A stretch of DNA of 64,000 nt from Candidatus Bathyarchaeota archaeon (GCA_963733095.1 CAVTBV010000016.1:64001-128000); one strand, 5' to 3'. Numbered from the stretch's first letter, positions 47,330 through 56,548 are shown. A program made the numbers and translations. Notes: generated from the letters alone by a model not told the origin.

Positions 47330-48187
47330 TTACACCTTCTGCAAATGATTAAGCGCCGCCTGCCTCATAACTTCAACCGGAGCAGACTTACCCGTCCAAA
47401 GCTCAAAGGATGCGGCACCCTGATAAATCAACATCTCAACCCCACTTACCACCTTAGCTCCTGCAGCTTTCGCCTCCTTAGCAAGTTTGGTCTCAAGCGG
47501 GTTGTAGACTATATCCATTACCGACAAATCGGGTCTTAAGAGTTTAGGACTCACAAGGCTTTCGTCTGCTTTGGGTTTCATACCGATTGAAGTGGCATTT
47601 ATGAGAATATCTGAGTCTTGGAGGTTCTGCTGTATTTCTTTTGGTGAAATTGAGCCTGCAACTATTTTTTTGTTCACAGTCTTTTCAAGCAGTTTTGCTA
47701 ATGCTTGGGCTTGTTTTATGGTTCGGTTAAGAACTGCTAGTTCATCGGCTTCTTTAGCCATCGTGTACGCTATAGCTCTTGCAGCGCCGCCTGCACCAAG
47801 TAAAAGAACTTTTCTGCCCTTTGGCTCCACGCCGTTTTCTCTTAGAGCTTTTAGGGCACCTACGCCGTCTGTGTTGAACCCGAAAAGTTTGCTATCTTTG
47901 TTTAGGATTGTGTTGACCGAATTTACGATTTGAGCAGATAGGTCTGTTCGGTCTAAATACTTCAACACTGTGCTTTTATGGGGCATGGTTACGTTTAAGC
48001 CCCGCACATTTAGGGCACGCATGCCATTTACAGCGTTTTCTACTGCTTTTGGCTTTACTTTGAAAGCTAAAAATGCGTAGTCGAGGCTGAGAGCATTAAA
48101 TGCGGCATTGTGCATGATGGGGCTTAATGTGTGCTCTATAGGGTCACCGATGACTCCGCAAACCCTTGTTTTCCCCGTAATGTTCAT
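47330..48187 (-). CDS. aroE: Shikimate dehydrogenase
   Basis: NVTMPHK, NTDG.G, GAGGAARA, NATS.GM, DIVYNP. Confidence 0.97.
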   Translation of the reverse strand: MNITGKTRVCGVIGDPIEHTLSPIMHNAAFNALSLDYAFLAFKVKPKAVENAVNGMRALNVRGLNVTMPHKSTVLKYLDRTDLSAQIVNSVNTILNKDSKLFGFNTDGVGALKALRENGVEPKGRKVLLLGAGGAARAIAYTMAKEADELAVLNRTIKQAQALAKLLEKTVNKKIVAGSISPKEIQQNLQDSDILINATSIGMKPKADESLVSPKLLRPDLSVMDIVYNPLETKLAKEAKAAGAKVVSGVEMLIYQGAASFELWTGKSAPVEVMRQAALNHLQKV

Positions 48188-48870
48188 TGTTTTATCCCCA
48201 AAAGACCATAAACAGTGTGCATTTCATTTATGCTCATCTGCCCAACCGCGGTTTCACTGCCTTGCTCGAGTGAGGCGAAGGTAAAAAGGGAACCGAACAC
48301 AGGGGAGAGCAACCTTGAGATTTTACCGTGTTCGCCCATGCAGAAGCAGACGAGTTGTGCCTTACATGAAGCAAAAGAAACAAAGCTCAAAACGGGCAGG
48401 TTGTCTTCGACCTGTTTAGCCGTTGTCACAATCTTGCAGATGCTGGCTCCGCTGGCAATCTCATCATCAAGAACTTTCTCCATAGCGGAAACACTAAGTA
48501 CGCCGTTGAATTTGTGGTAGGAAACGATTGTTTTTGTCCCCAACTGCTTGAGTTGGCTGATTGTGTCTTTATGCTTTGGGCTTGTTAGGTTAACGTCAAT
48601 GTATTCAAAACCGCTCTTGGCGGCAAATAGCAGAGTTTGTTGCCACTCGGATTCTGTTCCTTGGAAGTATCCTTTTTCGCTTTGAAGTTTGTTTGCGGCG
48701 ATTAAGGGGATTTTTGTACTTGCTGAAAGGTCAGATAGATTTCTGGAGACTTCAAGGCAGTCGAGTCTTACTTCAATAAGGTCTGCTTCGGCTTGCTCTG
48801 CCTTCTCAATTAGATTTAACGCTTCAAGGTTGTTTTTTGGGAGAATCGAAACGCAGATTCTCGGAGTCAC
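48184..48870 (-). CDS. aroD: Type I 3-dehydroquinate dehydratase
   Basis: EVRLD, IVSYH.F, KIV, MG..G.ISR, GQ. Confidence 0.9.
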   Translation of the reverse strand: MTPRICVSILPKNNLEALNLIEKAEQAEADLIEVRLDCLEVSRNLSDLSASTKIPLIAANKLQSEKGYFQGTESEWQQTLLFAAKSGFEYIDVNLTSPKHKDTISQLKQLGTKTIVSYHKFNGVLSVSAMEKVLDDEIASGASICKIVTTAKQVEDNLPVLSFVSFASCKAQLVCFCMGEHGKISRLLSPVFGSLFTFASLEQGSETAVGQMSINEMHTVYGLLGIKQ

Positions 48871-49889
48871 TTTTCAATCACCGTTTCTTCAGGCACAGAT
48901 ATCCCGAAGTGTCTTCCTCCCTTCGCCGCTAAATACACAAGGACTTCGTCGTTGGGTCTGAGTTCGGTTACGGGTTTAGAGGCTTTGGTGGTAACTAGGC
49001 GGATGGTTTCTGCGTTTTGAAGAATCGTCTTTATCACTTTGCTGTCTACCTGGGCTTCTACTAAGATAAGAGGTCTGATTTCAATTTTTATGCGACCCAC
49101 GTTTCCAGTTCGTGTCTTGCCTTCACGGTTGACGATTACAACTTCGTCGCCCGCCTTGAATTCTTGCAGGTAACGGGTTGTTTGCAAGTTGCCTAAAGTG
49201 TACATGGATAATGACCCAGCGTTTACTCTGAAGGGTCGTGAGGCAACATAGGGGTTCTCACTTACTTCCGCTTCGATTAAGAATAATCCGGCACTTTGGC
49301 TTCCGACAAGAATGCCTTCGCCCTGCTTCATCAATTCACAAGTATCCACGCAGACCCTTGCACCTGTGCCGATTGGCTTTGTGGAAACGATTTTGGCAAT
49401 TGCCATTTCCAGTTTTAGTGCTTCAGGTTTAACGATGGCGACGGTTTTTAGGATTTCATCTTGGTCTGAAGTCTTTAGCAAGACGCCGTCGGTTCCCAAT
49501 TCAAGGGTTTCAAGCGCCACTTTTGCTTCTTCTGCGTTGGTGACTTCGGCGATTAGTTTGCTTTTACCTTTTATTCGGGCAATCAGGTTTTCTAAGGGGA
49601 TAACTCGCCAGTTTGCACAACTGACGACTAAGTAATTTGCTCCCAGTTGGGCTACTTTGACTGTCAGGTTCTCGGTTTCTTTGTCGCTTATGCATATTCT
49701 TAAAACCTTTTGACCCTTGAGCCCATTTAGGGTATCTTCAACTTTGGGTACTATAATGTTAAGGGTTTCTTTGGTAGCCAAAAAAGTGGCAGTATTTCCC
49801 TCAACGACTGCGTCGGCGTATTGAGAGACAAGCGGATTTAGGGCTTCTTTTCCGTCGCTTTCTGACTCTATCCAAAGTTCCTTCAACAT
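48867..49889 (-). CDS. aroB': 3-dehydroquinate synthase II (archaeal AroB')
   Basis: W.VIPLEN, RVCVDT, RPFRVNAG, GR.KIE.RPL, LQNAETI, GRHFG. Confidence 0.96.
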   Translation of the reverse strand: MLKELWIESESDGKEALNPLVSQYADAVVEGNTATFLATKETLNIIVPKVEDTLNGLKGQKVLRICISDKETENLTVKVAQLGANYLVVSCANWRVIPLENLIARIKGKSKLIAEVTNAEEAKVALETLELGTDGVLLKTSDQDEILKTVAIVKPEALKLEMAIAKIVSTKPIGTGARVCVDTCELMKQGEGILVGSQSAGLFLIEAEVSENPYVASRPFRVNAGSLSMYTLGNLQTTRYLQEFKAGDEVVIVNREGKTRTGNVGRIKIEIRPLILVEAQVDSKVIKTILQNAETIRLVTTKASKPVTELRPNDEVLVYLAAKGGRHFGISVPEETVIEK

Positions 49890-50674
49890 TTCTCACCGAG
49901 AATCTTTAGTGCTTGTTCAACCGTTGCGTTTTGGTGGACGATGGCTGATAGTGCTTTTGCTATTTGGGTTGGTTTTTCGCATTGGAACACGTTTCGTCCG
50001 ATGGAGAGTCCTGCGGCTCCAGCTTTCATCGAATCGCTTGTGGTTTGGAGGACTTCCTCTAAGGATTTGCATTTTGGTCCACCCGCGATGACTACTGGAA
50101 CTGGGCAGCTTTCAACTACTGCTTTGAATGTTTCTATGTTGCCTGTGTAGTTAGTTTTGATTATGTCTGCGCCGAGTTCTGCGCCTATTCTTGCTGCGTG
50201 GGCAACGACGTCTGGTGCATGTTCATTTTGGATCCTTGGTCCCCGTGGATACATCATGGCTAAGAGGGGAATTCCGTAAATGTCGCATTCCTCTGAGACT
50301 TTGCCCAGGTTCTGGAGCATTTTGTCCTCATCTTGTGCGCCGACGTTAACGTGCACAGAGACGGCGTCTGCTCCGATGCGGATGGCTTCTTGGACGCTAC
50401 AGACTTGGACTTTTGCGTTTAAGTTGGGGCTAAGATTCGACATGCCCGACAACATCACGATTAAGCCTGCACCGTCAACTTCGATGCTTTTTGCTATGCC
50501 CTTGTGGACAAGGATAGCGTCTACTTTGCCCTCTACAAGTTTGTTAGTTATCTGTTGCATGTTGGTTATGCCCTGTATGGGTCCAATAGTTACGCCATGG
50601 TCCATAGGAACGATTATTGTGTGGTTGTCTTTCTGCATGATTTTTCTTAGTCTGCGGGTTTTTCCTGTATTCAT
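49883..50674 (-). CDS. aroA': 2-amino-3,7-dideoxy-D-threo-hept-6-ulosonate (ADH) synthase
   Basis: PMDHG, MMYPRG, ELGADIIKT.YTG, AGGPK, GRNVFQ; adjacent to aroB'. Confidence 0.93.
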   Translation of the reverse strand: MNTGKTRRLRKIMQKDNHTIIVPMDHGVTIGPIQGITNMQQITNKLVEGKVDAILVHKGIAKSIEVDGAGLIVMLSGMSNLSPNLNAKVQVCSVQEAIRIGADAVSVHVNVGAQDEDKMLQNLGKVSEECDIYGIPLLAMMYPRGPRIQNEHAPDVVAHAARIGAELGADIIKTNYTGNIETFKAVVESCPVPVVIAGGPKCKSLEEVLQTTSDSMKAGAAGLSIGRNVFQCEKPTQIAKALSAIVHQNATVEQALKILGEKC

Positions 50675-50684
50675 TTTCTTCCAC

Positions 50685-51920
50685 CTAGTGTGTTTTCAGT
50701 GAGTTTTTAATTAACTTTAATGCTTTTTCTTTATCATTCCAATCTACAAAAAGTAGAATACTCGAAGTAATGGTCAGTATGCCTGAGATGTTTATGCCTG
50801 CTAAGCGGAGGTCTTCGCTGATTTTGCCGATTATGCCGTGTGTTTCTTCTAAGCCGACTCCGCTGGTTTTGAGGAAGACAAGGTCTTTTTTAACTGCCAT
50901 GGCTATGGTTTCTTTGTTGCTTATTGTTATTTTGTGGATTTGGTTGAAGAGCACATCGATGTTTTTTTCTTGGGGAACATAGAGAATTATAGAGTTTGTG
51001 TTCATCGACATACCCAATAACATGGAGTATTCTTTTACTTTCTCAATCATTTCGTTAATGACTACTGGGTTAGCGGATATGCCGTTTCCAATCACCGTTA
51101 TCTCTGCAACAGGGGTTTGGTGAGAGATTTCTGCATCTAACTCTGTAGCTAAGCCTCCTTTGATTAAGGTGCCTTCGCTACTTAAGTCGCAATGTGCATT
51201 GCTGATTACTTTAACATCGATGTCTTTGGGTTTGTACTTGAGCGCTTTGCTATGGATGAATTTGGCGCCTGAATCTGCCAAGCCAACTAGGGTTGTAACG
51301 TTGATTTCTGGAAGCAGTTTGGGGGACGAGATGATTTTGGGGTCACTTGACATTATGCCATCTGCATCAGTCACCAAGACAACTTGGTCTGCATTAATAC
51401 CCTGTGCCAATATAAACGCGGTTGTGTCACTTCCGCCTCTGCCCAAAGTGGTGATTTTGCCGTTTTTAGTTTTTCCGACAAACCCTGCAATGACAGGAAT
51501 GATTCCTGATTCGACAAACGGAAGGATACATTCTTTGATGTTTTTCTCGCATTCCCGAACGATTGGATTGGCGTTTTGGAATGAGTCATCGGTGATTATT
51601 GGCCATTTGTTATCCATGGGGTCAAAGTAGCATGCGTCTACACCATTGCTCTTCAGTGCGGCGGCGAATATTCGTACGCTTGTACGTTCGCCCATCGATA
51701 GGATATCATCTAATTCATGTTTTTGCAGTTTCCCATTTGAAGTATTCTTAGCCGTGGTCATCAGGACATCGGTTGTTTTGCCCATAGCGGAAACTACTAC
51801 AGCGATTTTGGTGCCTTTTTTGGCTTCGTTTACGACGGCGACGACGGCTTTGAGGAGCCTTTCATGGTCGGCAAGGCTAGAGCCACCGAATTTTACAACT
51901 ATCTTTTTGTTACTCTGCAT
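50685..51920 (-). CDS. lysC: Aspartate kinase
   Basis: VVKFGGSS, VVSAMGKTTD, TTLGRGGSD, C-terminal ACT-like region. Confidence 0.94.
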   Translation of the reverse strand: MQSNKKIVVKFGGSSLADHERLLKAVVAVVNEAKKGTKIAVVVSAMGKTTDVLMTTAKNTSNGKLQKHELDDILSMGERTSVRIFAAALKSNGVDACYFDPMDNKWPIITDDSFQNANPIVRECEKNIKECILPFVESGIIPVIAGFVGKTKNGKITTLGRGGSDTTAFILAQGINADQVVLVTDADGIMSSDPKIISSPKLLPEINVTTLVGLADSGAKFIHSKALKYKPKDIDVKVISNAHCDLSSEGTLIKGGLATELDAEISHQTPVAEITVIGNGISANPVVINEMIEKVKEYSMLLGMSMNTNSIILYVPQEKNIDVLFNQIHKITISNKETIAMAVKKDLVFLKTSGVGLEETHGIIGKISEDLRLAGINISGILTITSSILLFVDWNDKEKALKLIKNSLKTH

Positions 51921-51939
51921 GTTGGTGCCCCCGTGTTTC

Positions 51940-51977
51940 GCCCAGAACCGCTACCAAAAAATTTTTCAGCTCTGGGC
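51940..51977 (-). terminator. 11-bp stem enclosing a U6 tract directly after the leader stop; candidate attenuator
   Basis: GCCCAGAGCUG (51977-51967) pairs with CGGUUCUGGGC (51950-51940), two G-U pairs; loop AAAAAUUUUUUGGUAG. Confidence 0.55.
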
Positions 51978-52064
51978 CTAATGAAAATGGTAATAATAAA
52001 AGTAGTAGTCGAAGCTGGGAAACTGTAACGCAATGAGTCCATTTTTGTTTTCAGCATTAGACAT
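51978..52064 (-). CDS. Candidate Phe/Tyr-rich leader peptide MSNAENKNGLIALQFPSFDYYFYYYHFH*
   Basis: 28 codons; 5 Tyr, 4 Phe and 2 His in the last 14; AGGT SD-like site upstream; lies between the promoter and the aromatic operon. Confidence 0.75.
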   Translation of the reverse strand: MSNAENKNGLIALQFPSFDYYFYYYHFH

Positions 52065-52099
52065 TGCTTCGAACCTGTCCAAACAGTCATCTGCCAAAA

Positions 52100-52114
52100 A
52101 ATATAAGCGTTTCG
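52100..52114 (-). promoter_or_regulatory. BRE + TATA promoter for the leader and lysC-aro operon
   Basis: CGAAA-CG-CTTATATT on the minus strand, about 36 nt upstream of the leader ATG. Confidence 0.6.
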
Positions 52115-52539
52115 GAATAAGACTAACCAAAAGTGAGGCATCTGCAGAAAGTCGTTTTGTAATTCTAATCTTGAAAGATGCGACAGTTAGCGGCCCATTC
52201 AAACCCTCATATTTCACAATGAAATGCTACCAAAATCCAAGTGTACACATTATAGTTCGGTTGTAACTTTGAAGAGTTAGTCCTGCCAGATGCTCTGGTT
52301 CCAATCGCCATACTCCAAATCAATTATGTGTCATTTTAGCCGATTAACTGACCTTGACTTTTTTGTTCCTTTACAGTTTGGAGGCCATGATTTTGCCAGA
52401 ACAAACCTGCTGCAATTTCTATTATGATCCTGACGCAGGGCTTCGCCATTTTATTATTCGTTGTTAATTTAGGTCTTTTTAAACGAAACACGGAAATTTG
52501 AGTTGCAGTTAGAGAACGCAAATCCGAAGTCGAAGCAAA

Positions 52540-53445
52540 TCATTTTCTGTAGAGCAAATAAACTCCAAAAACCATAGCTATCCCAGCAAAAATCTGCACG
52601 AAAGTGAACCCTTCTCTGAGAATAACGAAAGCGAAAACTGCTCCGAAAAGAGACGCTGTTGAAAAGATAATGCCAGTCCGCATAGAGCCAATTTCTTTAA
52701 GACCTACCATAAAAAACAGAATTGAGAACCCTATGCTAAATGCCCCTACAGTGATTAGGTAAGGGAAAGCTGAAAGCGGGACGTAGAAGTCTAATTTTAA
52801 TGCATACACAACAAGCAGAAGGCTTACTCCACCTATTAGACATTTTAGGGCAGCTACAAGAAGCAGGTCTTCCTTTACGCATAGAAACTTGCTCAGGTTG
52901 TTGTCTATCCCCCAAAACAAACATCCGGTCAATATTAGGAGGTTACCAATAACCCATGTTTCTAATGACAACTGGTAAAATTGTCCATTGGTTGACAGAA
53001 ATACGGCACCAATGACCAGCAGTGTAATTGCACCTATTTCTTTTTTATTGCACCGTTCCCTTAGAAATGAAATAGCTATTAAAACTGTAAAGAGAGCTTC
53101 GGCGTTTTGAAGCAAAGATGCATTTAATGCAGTGGTCTGGTTAAGACCGTTAAGAAACAATACTGGAGCAATAATAGAGCCACAGAGCACCACCAAACCA
53201 AGTGTAGCTACGTCTTTTTTGCAGAATTTGGGCTCGGTCTTTGTTGGAGTTTTCAGTAGCCGCATGACATGTTTGCGAATTGGAGAGAAGCGAACTGCCG
53301 ATAAAACGATTCCTGCAAAAAGATAGATTAGCCCGGCCACTACGGTTGGATTAACATTGGCTAACGCAATCTTGTTGAGTGTGGTTCCAACACCGAAAAG
53401 GAGGGCAGACCCAACAGCACTTACATAACCCCAGTGATGCGTCAT
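52540..53445 (-). CDS. DMT/EamA family transporter
   Basis: About 10 TM helices in two repeats; ASLL.N.E..FT, WG.DNNL. Confidence 0.9.
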   Translation of the reverse strand: MTHHWGYVSAVGSALLFGVGTTLNKIALANVNPTVVAGLIYLFAGIVLSAVRFSPIRKHVMRLLKTPTKTEPKFCKKDVATLGLVVLCGSIIAPVLFLNGLNQTTALNASLLQNAEALFTVLIAISFLRERCNKKEIGAITLLVIGAVFLSTNGQFYQLSLETWVIGNLLILTGCLFWGIDNNLSKFLCVKEDLLLVAALKCLIGGVSLLLVVYALKLDFYVPLSAFPYLITVGAFSIGFSILFFMVGLKEIGSMRTGIIFSTASLFGAVFAFVILREGFTFVQIFAGIAMVFGVYLLYRK

Positions 53446-53450
53446 AACAA

Positions 53451-54341
53451 CTACTGCGTATCGGCGGTTTTTCGCTTTTCTCCGTCAGGAATTGAGTTAT
53501 TTCTTGAATTTAGAAGTTCCAGAATTTCTTTTCTGGCTTCTCCTATAGTGAGAGGAAGTAGTTCGCCTATTGGCAGATTGTTTTCTTTTTTTAGCACTTC
53601 AAAAAGATGCGCTATTCGTGGTGAACGCAAGTTTACCTTTCTTATTAGCTCAGTATTTGAAAAGCTTGTTTTGGGGGTACCTTCGGAAACTATTTTTCCT
53701 TTGTCTAAGATGTAGATTTTATTTGCAAACAGAGGAACCATATCTACGTCGTGTGTAGCTAATAATAATGTAATTCCGTTTTCTTTGTTGAGTCGAAGGA
53801 GTAAATGCAAGATGTCGCTTGTAGCGATGGGGTCAAGGCTTGAGGTGGGCTCGTCCATTATGATAACTTCAGGCTGCATAGCAAGAACGCCTGCTAGCGC
53901 AACCCGCTTCTTCTGGCCACCACTGAGAAAATGAGGTGGTTTATCCGCGAATTCGGTCATACCAACAGTTATTAGTGCGTCATCGACGAGTTGCTTGACA
54001 TGCTCAGGAGTATACCCTAGATTTAAAGGTCCAAAAGCTACATCTTGTTTTACTGAAGAAGCAAAAAGCTGATCATTCGGATCTTGAAAGACGAAGCCAA
54101 CTCTCTTTCGCAGATTGAGAAGAGATTTAGCATCGTATGCCAAAGGTTTGTCTTCAAAGTATATGTTGCCGGAAGTGGGTTTTAGGATACCGTTTAAATG
54201 GTTAAGTAGAGTGGTTTTTCCAGAACCATTTGTGCCTAAGAAAGCAACTCGTTCGCCTCGAGTAAAGTTCAAAGAAACCTCATTTAGCGCCAATGTTCCG
54301 TCCGAGTATCGATGAGATAATTTGTCTAATCTAAAAATCAT
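53451..54341 (-). CDS. cbiO: Cobalt ECF transporter ATPase
   Basis: G.NGSGKTT, FQDPNDQLF, LSGGQKKRVA.AG, DEPT. Confidence 0.94.
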   Translation of the reverse strand: MIFRLDKLSHRYSDGTLALNEVSLNFTRGERVAFLGTNGSGKTTLLNHLNGILKPTSGNIYFEDKPLAYDAKSLLNLRKRVGFVFQDPNDQLFASSVKQDVAFGPLNLGYTPEHVKQLVDDALITVGMTEFADKPPHFLSGGQKKRVALAGVLAMQPEVIIMDEPTSSLDPIATSDILHLLLRLNKENGITLLLATHDVDMVPLFANKIYILDKGKIVSEGTPKTSFSNTELIRKVNLRSPRIAHLFEVLKKENNLPIGELLPLTIGEARKEILELLNSRNNSIPDGEKRKTADTQ

Positions 54342-54344
54342 TGA

Positions 54345-55142
54345 TTATACAACTCCAACATTTATCGTTAAAAAAAGTAAGATAAAGAGTAGGACATCAA
54401 AGAGAACTATACTCCCGAGCATTATTTTTCTCGGAGAAGGAAAGTCCTCGAGAATACGAATTTCACCATCGTAACCTCGTGCATTCATCGCTACGAGAGT
54501 TCGCTCACCCTGGTCCAGCGTTCGTATGAAAAGGCTTCCAATAAGCATAGCTAAAGATCGAATGCGACTTAGCCAACCTGAACGTCTCAGTCTTAGCTTT
54601 TGGGCGAGACTCATTTTCTCAGAGACTTCTAAAAATAAGAAGATATAACGGTATATCATCATAGACATTTCAACCATAACCTGAGGCATATGAATGCGGC
54701 GGAGCAGAACACAGAGATCAGTTATTGAAGTCGTGAGAACAAGGAAGAAAAGGCAAGAAAGGGCACCCTCGACTCTGAGAAACGTGTTTACACTAATAGA
54801 GATTCCACTTTTAAATATTGACCATGTAAACCAAGGGAGCGGGATTTCTATTAGGGGGGCTCCAGATCCAAAGAATAAAGCTAAGAAAATGCAACTAATC
54901 GTAAGCATGTAGGTTGGATAAACAAACAAATCAAGGTAAAGATGTGCCTTAACTTTTGCAAGACCTAATATCAAAATTGTACAGATCGTGAACACTACGA
55001 TAGGCACAACAAATGTTGGTGCGGAAACACTTATTGCAAGCGCGGAAAGTGCAAAAAAAGTTTTAGTTATGGGACTGCTTTTTGCTAATGCGCTGGTATA
55101 GGCAGACCTATCTATTTCAGCGTAGAGTTCAGAATGGCTCAA
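54345..55142 (-). CDS. cbiQ: Cobalt ECF transporter T component
   Basis: L.LTT, YRYIF, LFIR, AM.ARGYDG. Confidence 0.93.
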   Translation of the reverse strand: MSHSELYAEIDRSAYTSALAKSSPITKTFFALSALAISVSAPTFVVPIVVFTICTILILGLAKVKAHLYLDLFVYPTYMLTISCIFLALFFGSGAPLIEIPLPWFTWSIFKSGISISVNTFLRVEGALSCLFFLVLTTSITDLCVLLRRIHMPQVMVEMSMMIYRYIFLFLEVSEKMSLAQKLRLRRSGWLSRIRSLAMLIGSLFIRTLDQGERTLVAMNARGYDGEIRILEDFPSPRKIMLGSIVLFDVLLFILLFLTINVGVV

Positions 55143-55341
55143 TAGGTGCTTCTCCTCTCTTTAGCAACTTTTCCAAGTCCGCGGACTTTATTTTTCTTTC
55201 TGACTAAGCAGCCAAACATACGTCTTATCTTCTTTTGCGCTGTATCTATACTTATGTCTATACGCTCGAATAATTCCCTCAAAAAAGAGGGTTAGGTAAA
55301 CCCACTTATGTTGTCGTGGATGTTTCATTTCATGTTGCAGT

Positions 55342-55854
55342 TTATTGAGGTTTTGCCCTCAAATACCCAACGAAGTAACCGATTATTACGGCGCCAATGG
55401 CTACCTGTAATGAGAATATTACTATCTCGCCCGTGGCATCTGGTACATATCCTAGTGGTTGAATCCATGGAGTGTAGCCACTTGATGTAATTTGGTCAGG
55501 ACCTTGACCATCTGTTCCGCTGAAACTTCCGCCGGAGTTAATCACGAAAGGCAGTATGAAGATAGCTAACACAAGTCCAATGATTATTATATACAGATAC
55601 TTCTTCTTGACTTGATGTTTCGGAATGATCGCTTTGCCTGCAGCGCGGACTGATTTTAAACCCTTTCTAGTTCCAATGAAGTGCCCTATTGTTGCAGCCA
55701 TGATCCCCGCTTGCACTGAGAATAACAATACCTCAGTTTCATGTGGAAGTGAAATAATTGCCCCAGACAAGGAAGTATACCCTAAAGCTATTATGTATGC
55801 GATTAGTGCGAGCGGTGACGCAATGCCCAACGTTAAGTAATATTTATACTCCAT
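55342..55854 (-). CDS. cbiN: CbiN-family protein with duplicated CbiN helix
   Basis: F.GTD, GY.PW.QP, E...FSLQ.AIGA.IIGY..G; N-terminal half repeats EVLLFSVQAGI.A..IG.FIG. Confidence 0.85.
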   Translation of the reverse strand: MEYKYYLTLGIASPLALIAYIIALGYTSLSGAIISLPHETEVLLFSVQAGIMAATIGHFIGTRKGLKSVRAAGKAIIPKHQVKKKYLYIIIIGLVLAIFILPFVINSGGSFSGTDGQGPDQITSSGYTPWIQPLGYVPDATGEIVIFSLQVAIGAVIIGYFVGYLRAKPQ

Positions 55855-55855
55855 T

Positions 55856-56548
55856 TTATGGTTTCACCTCTTGCTCTGTGTTTGTAATAGGGATTTTTAG
55901 TACTCCTAATCTTTGTAGGATACTATCTTTGTATTTTGACAGGAAGTTGAATATCAGAACAGCGAGAAGACCTTCAGCTATGGCTAATGGAATCTGTGTG
56001 ATGGCATATATGGCAAAGAATGTTGCAAATGAAGTAAGGACGCTTCCATTAGTTGGGAATGCAAGGGCAAGTTGGAAAGCAGTAGTAACATAGGTTGCTA
56101 AGTCGGCCACGGCACAAGCGGCAAAAACGCCTATCGATGGGTTAAGTCGTGTCCTTTTAAGTAACTTCCATATGGCGAAGCCTATTACGGGTCCGGCAAT
56201 ACCCATGGAAAAAACATTAGCTCCAAGAGTAGTTATGCCTCCGTGAGCCAGCAATAATGCTTGGAATACCAGAACTATCACCGAAATAGCACTTGTTATT
56301 GCAGGTCCGAAAAGAATAGCGGCAAATCCAGTGCCCGTTGGGTGCGAGCTGCTTCCGGTTACTGACGGAAGCTTAAGTGCAGAGATTACAAAGATGAATG
56401 CGCCAACTAACGCCAAAAGCGGCTTGATTTCAGGCATCTTTTTTGTTACTTTAGTAAGCTTATAAACTCCATAAGCTACTATTGGAATTGCTATTACCCA
56501 CCATATTTGCCACCATGGGGATGGCAGAAAACCTTCCATTATGTGCAT
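55856..56548 (-). CDS. cbiM: Cobalt ECF substrate-binding component
   Basis: MHIMEGFLP, LKLPSVTGSSSHPTG, AHGGITTLGAN, TQIPLAI.EG. Confidence 0.97.
   Translation of the reverse strand: MHIMEGFLPSPWWQIWWVIAIPIVAYGVYKLTKVTKKMPEIKPLLALVGAFIFVISALKLPSVTGSSSHPTGTGFAAILFGPAITSAISVIVLVFQALLLAHGGITTLGANVFSMGIAGPVIGFAIWKLLKRTRLNPSIGVFAACAVADLATYVTTAFQLALAFPTNGSVLTSFATFFAIYAITQIPLAIAEGLLAVLIFNFLSKYKDSILQRLGVLKIPITNTEQEVKP

Noticed and set aside
51978-52217. 79-aa ORF from the track as a full protein
   Set aside because: Its 5' part spans the predicted promoter; only the portion from ATG 52064 is a plausible translated leader.
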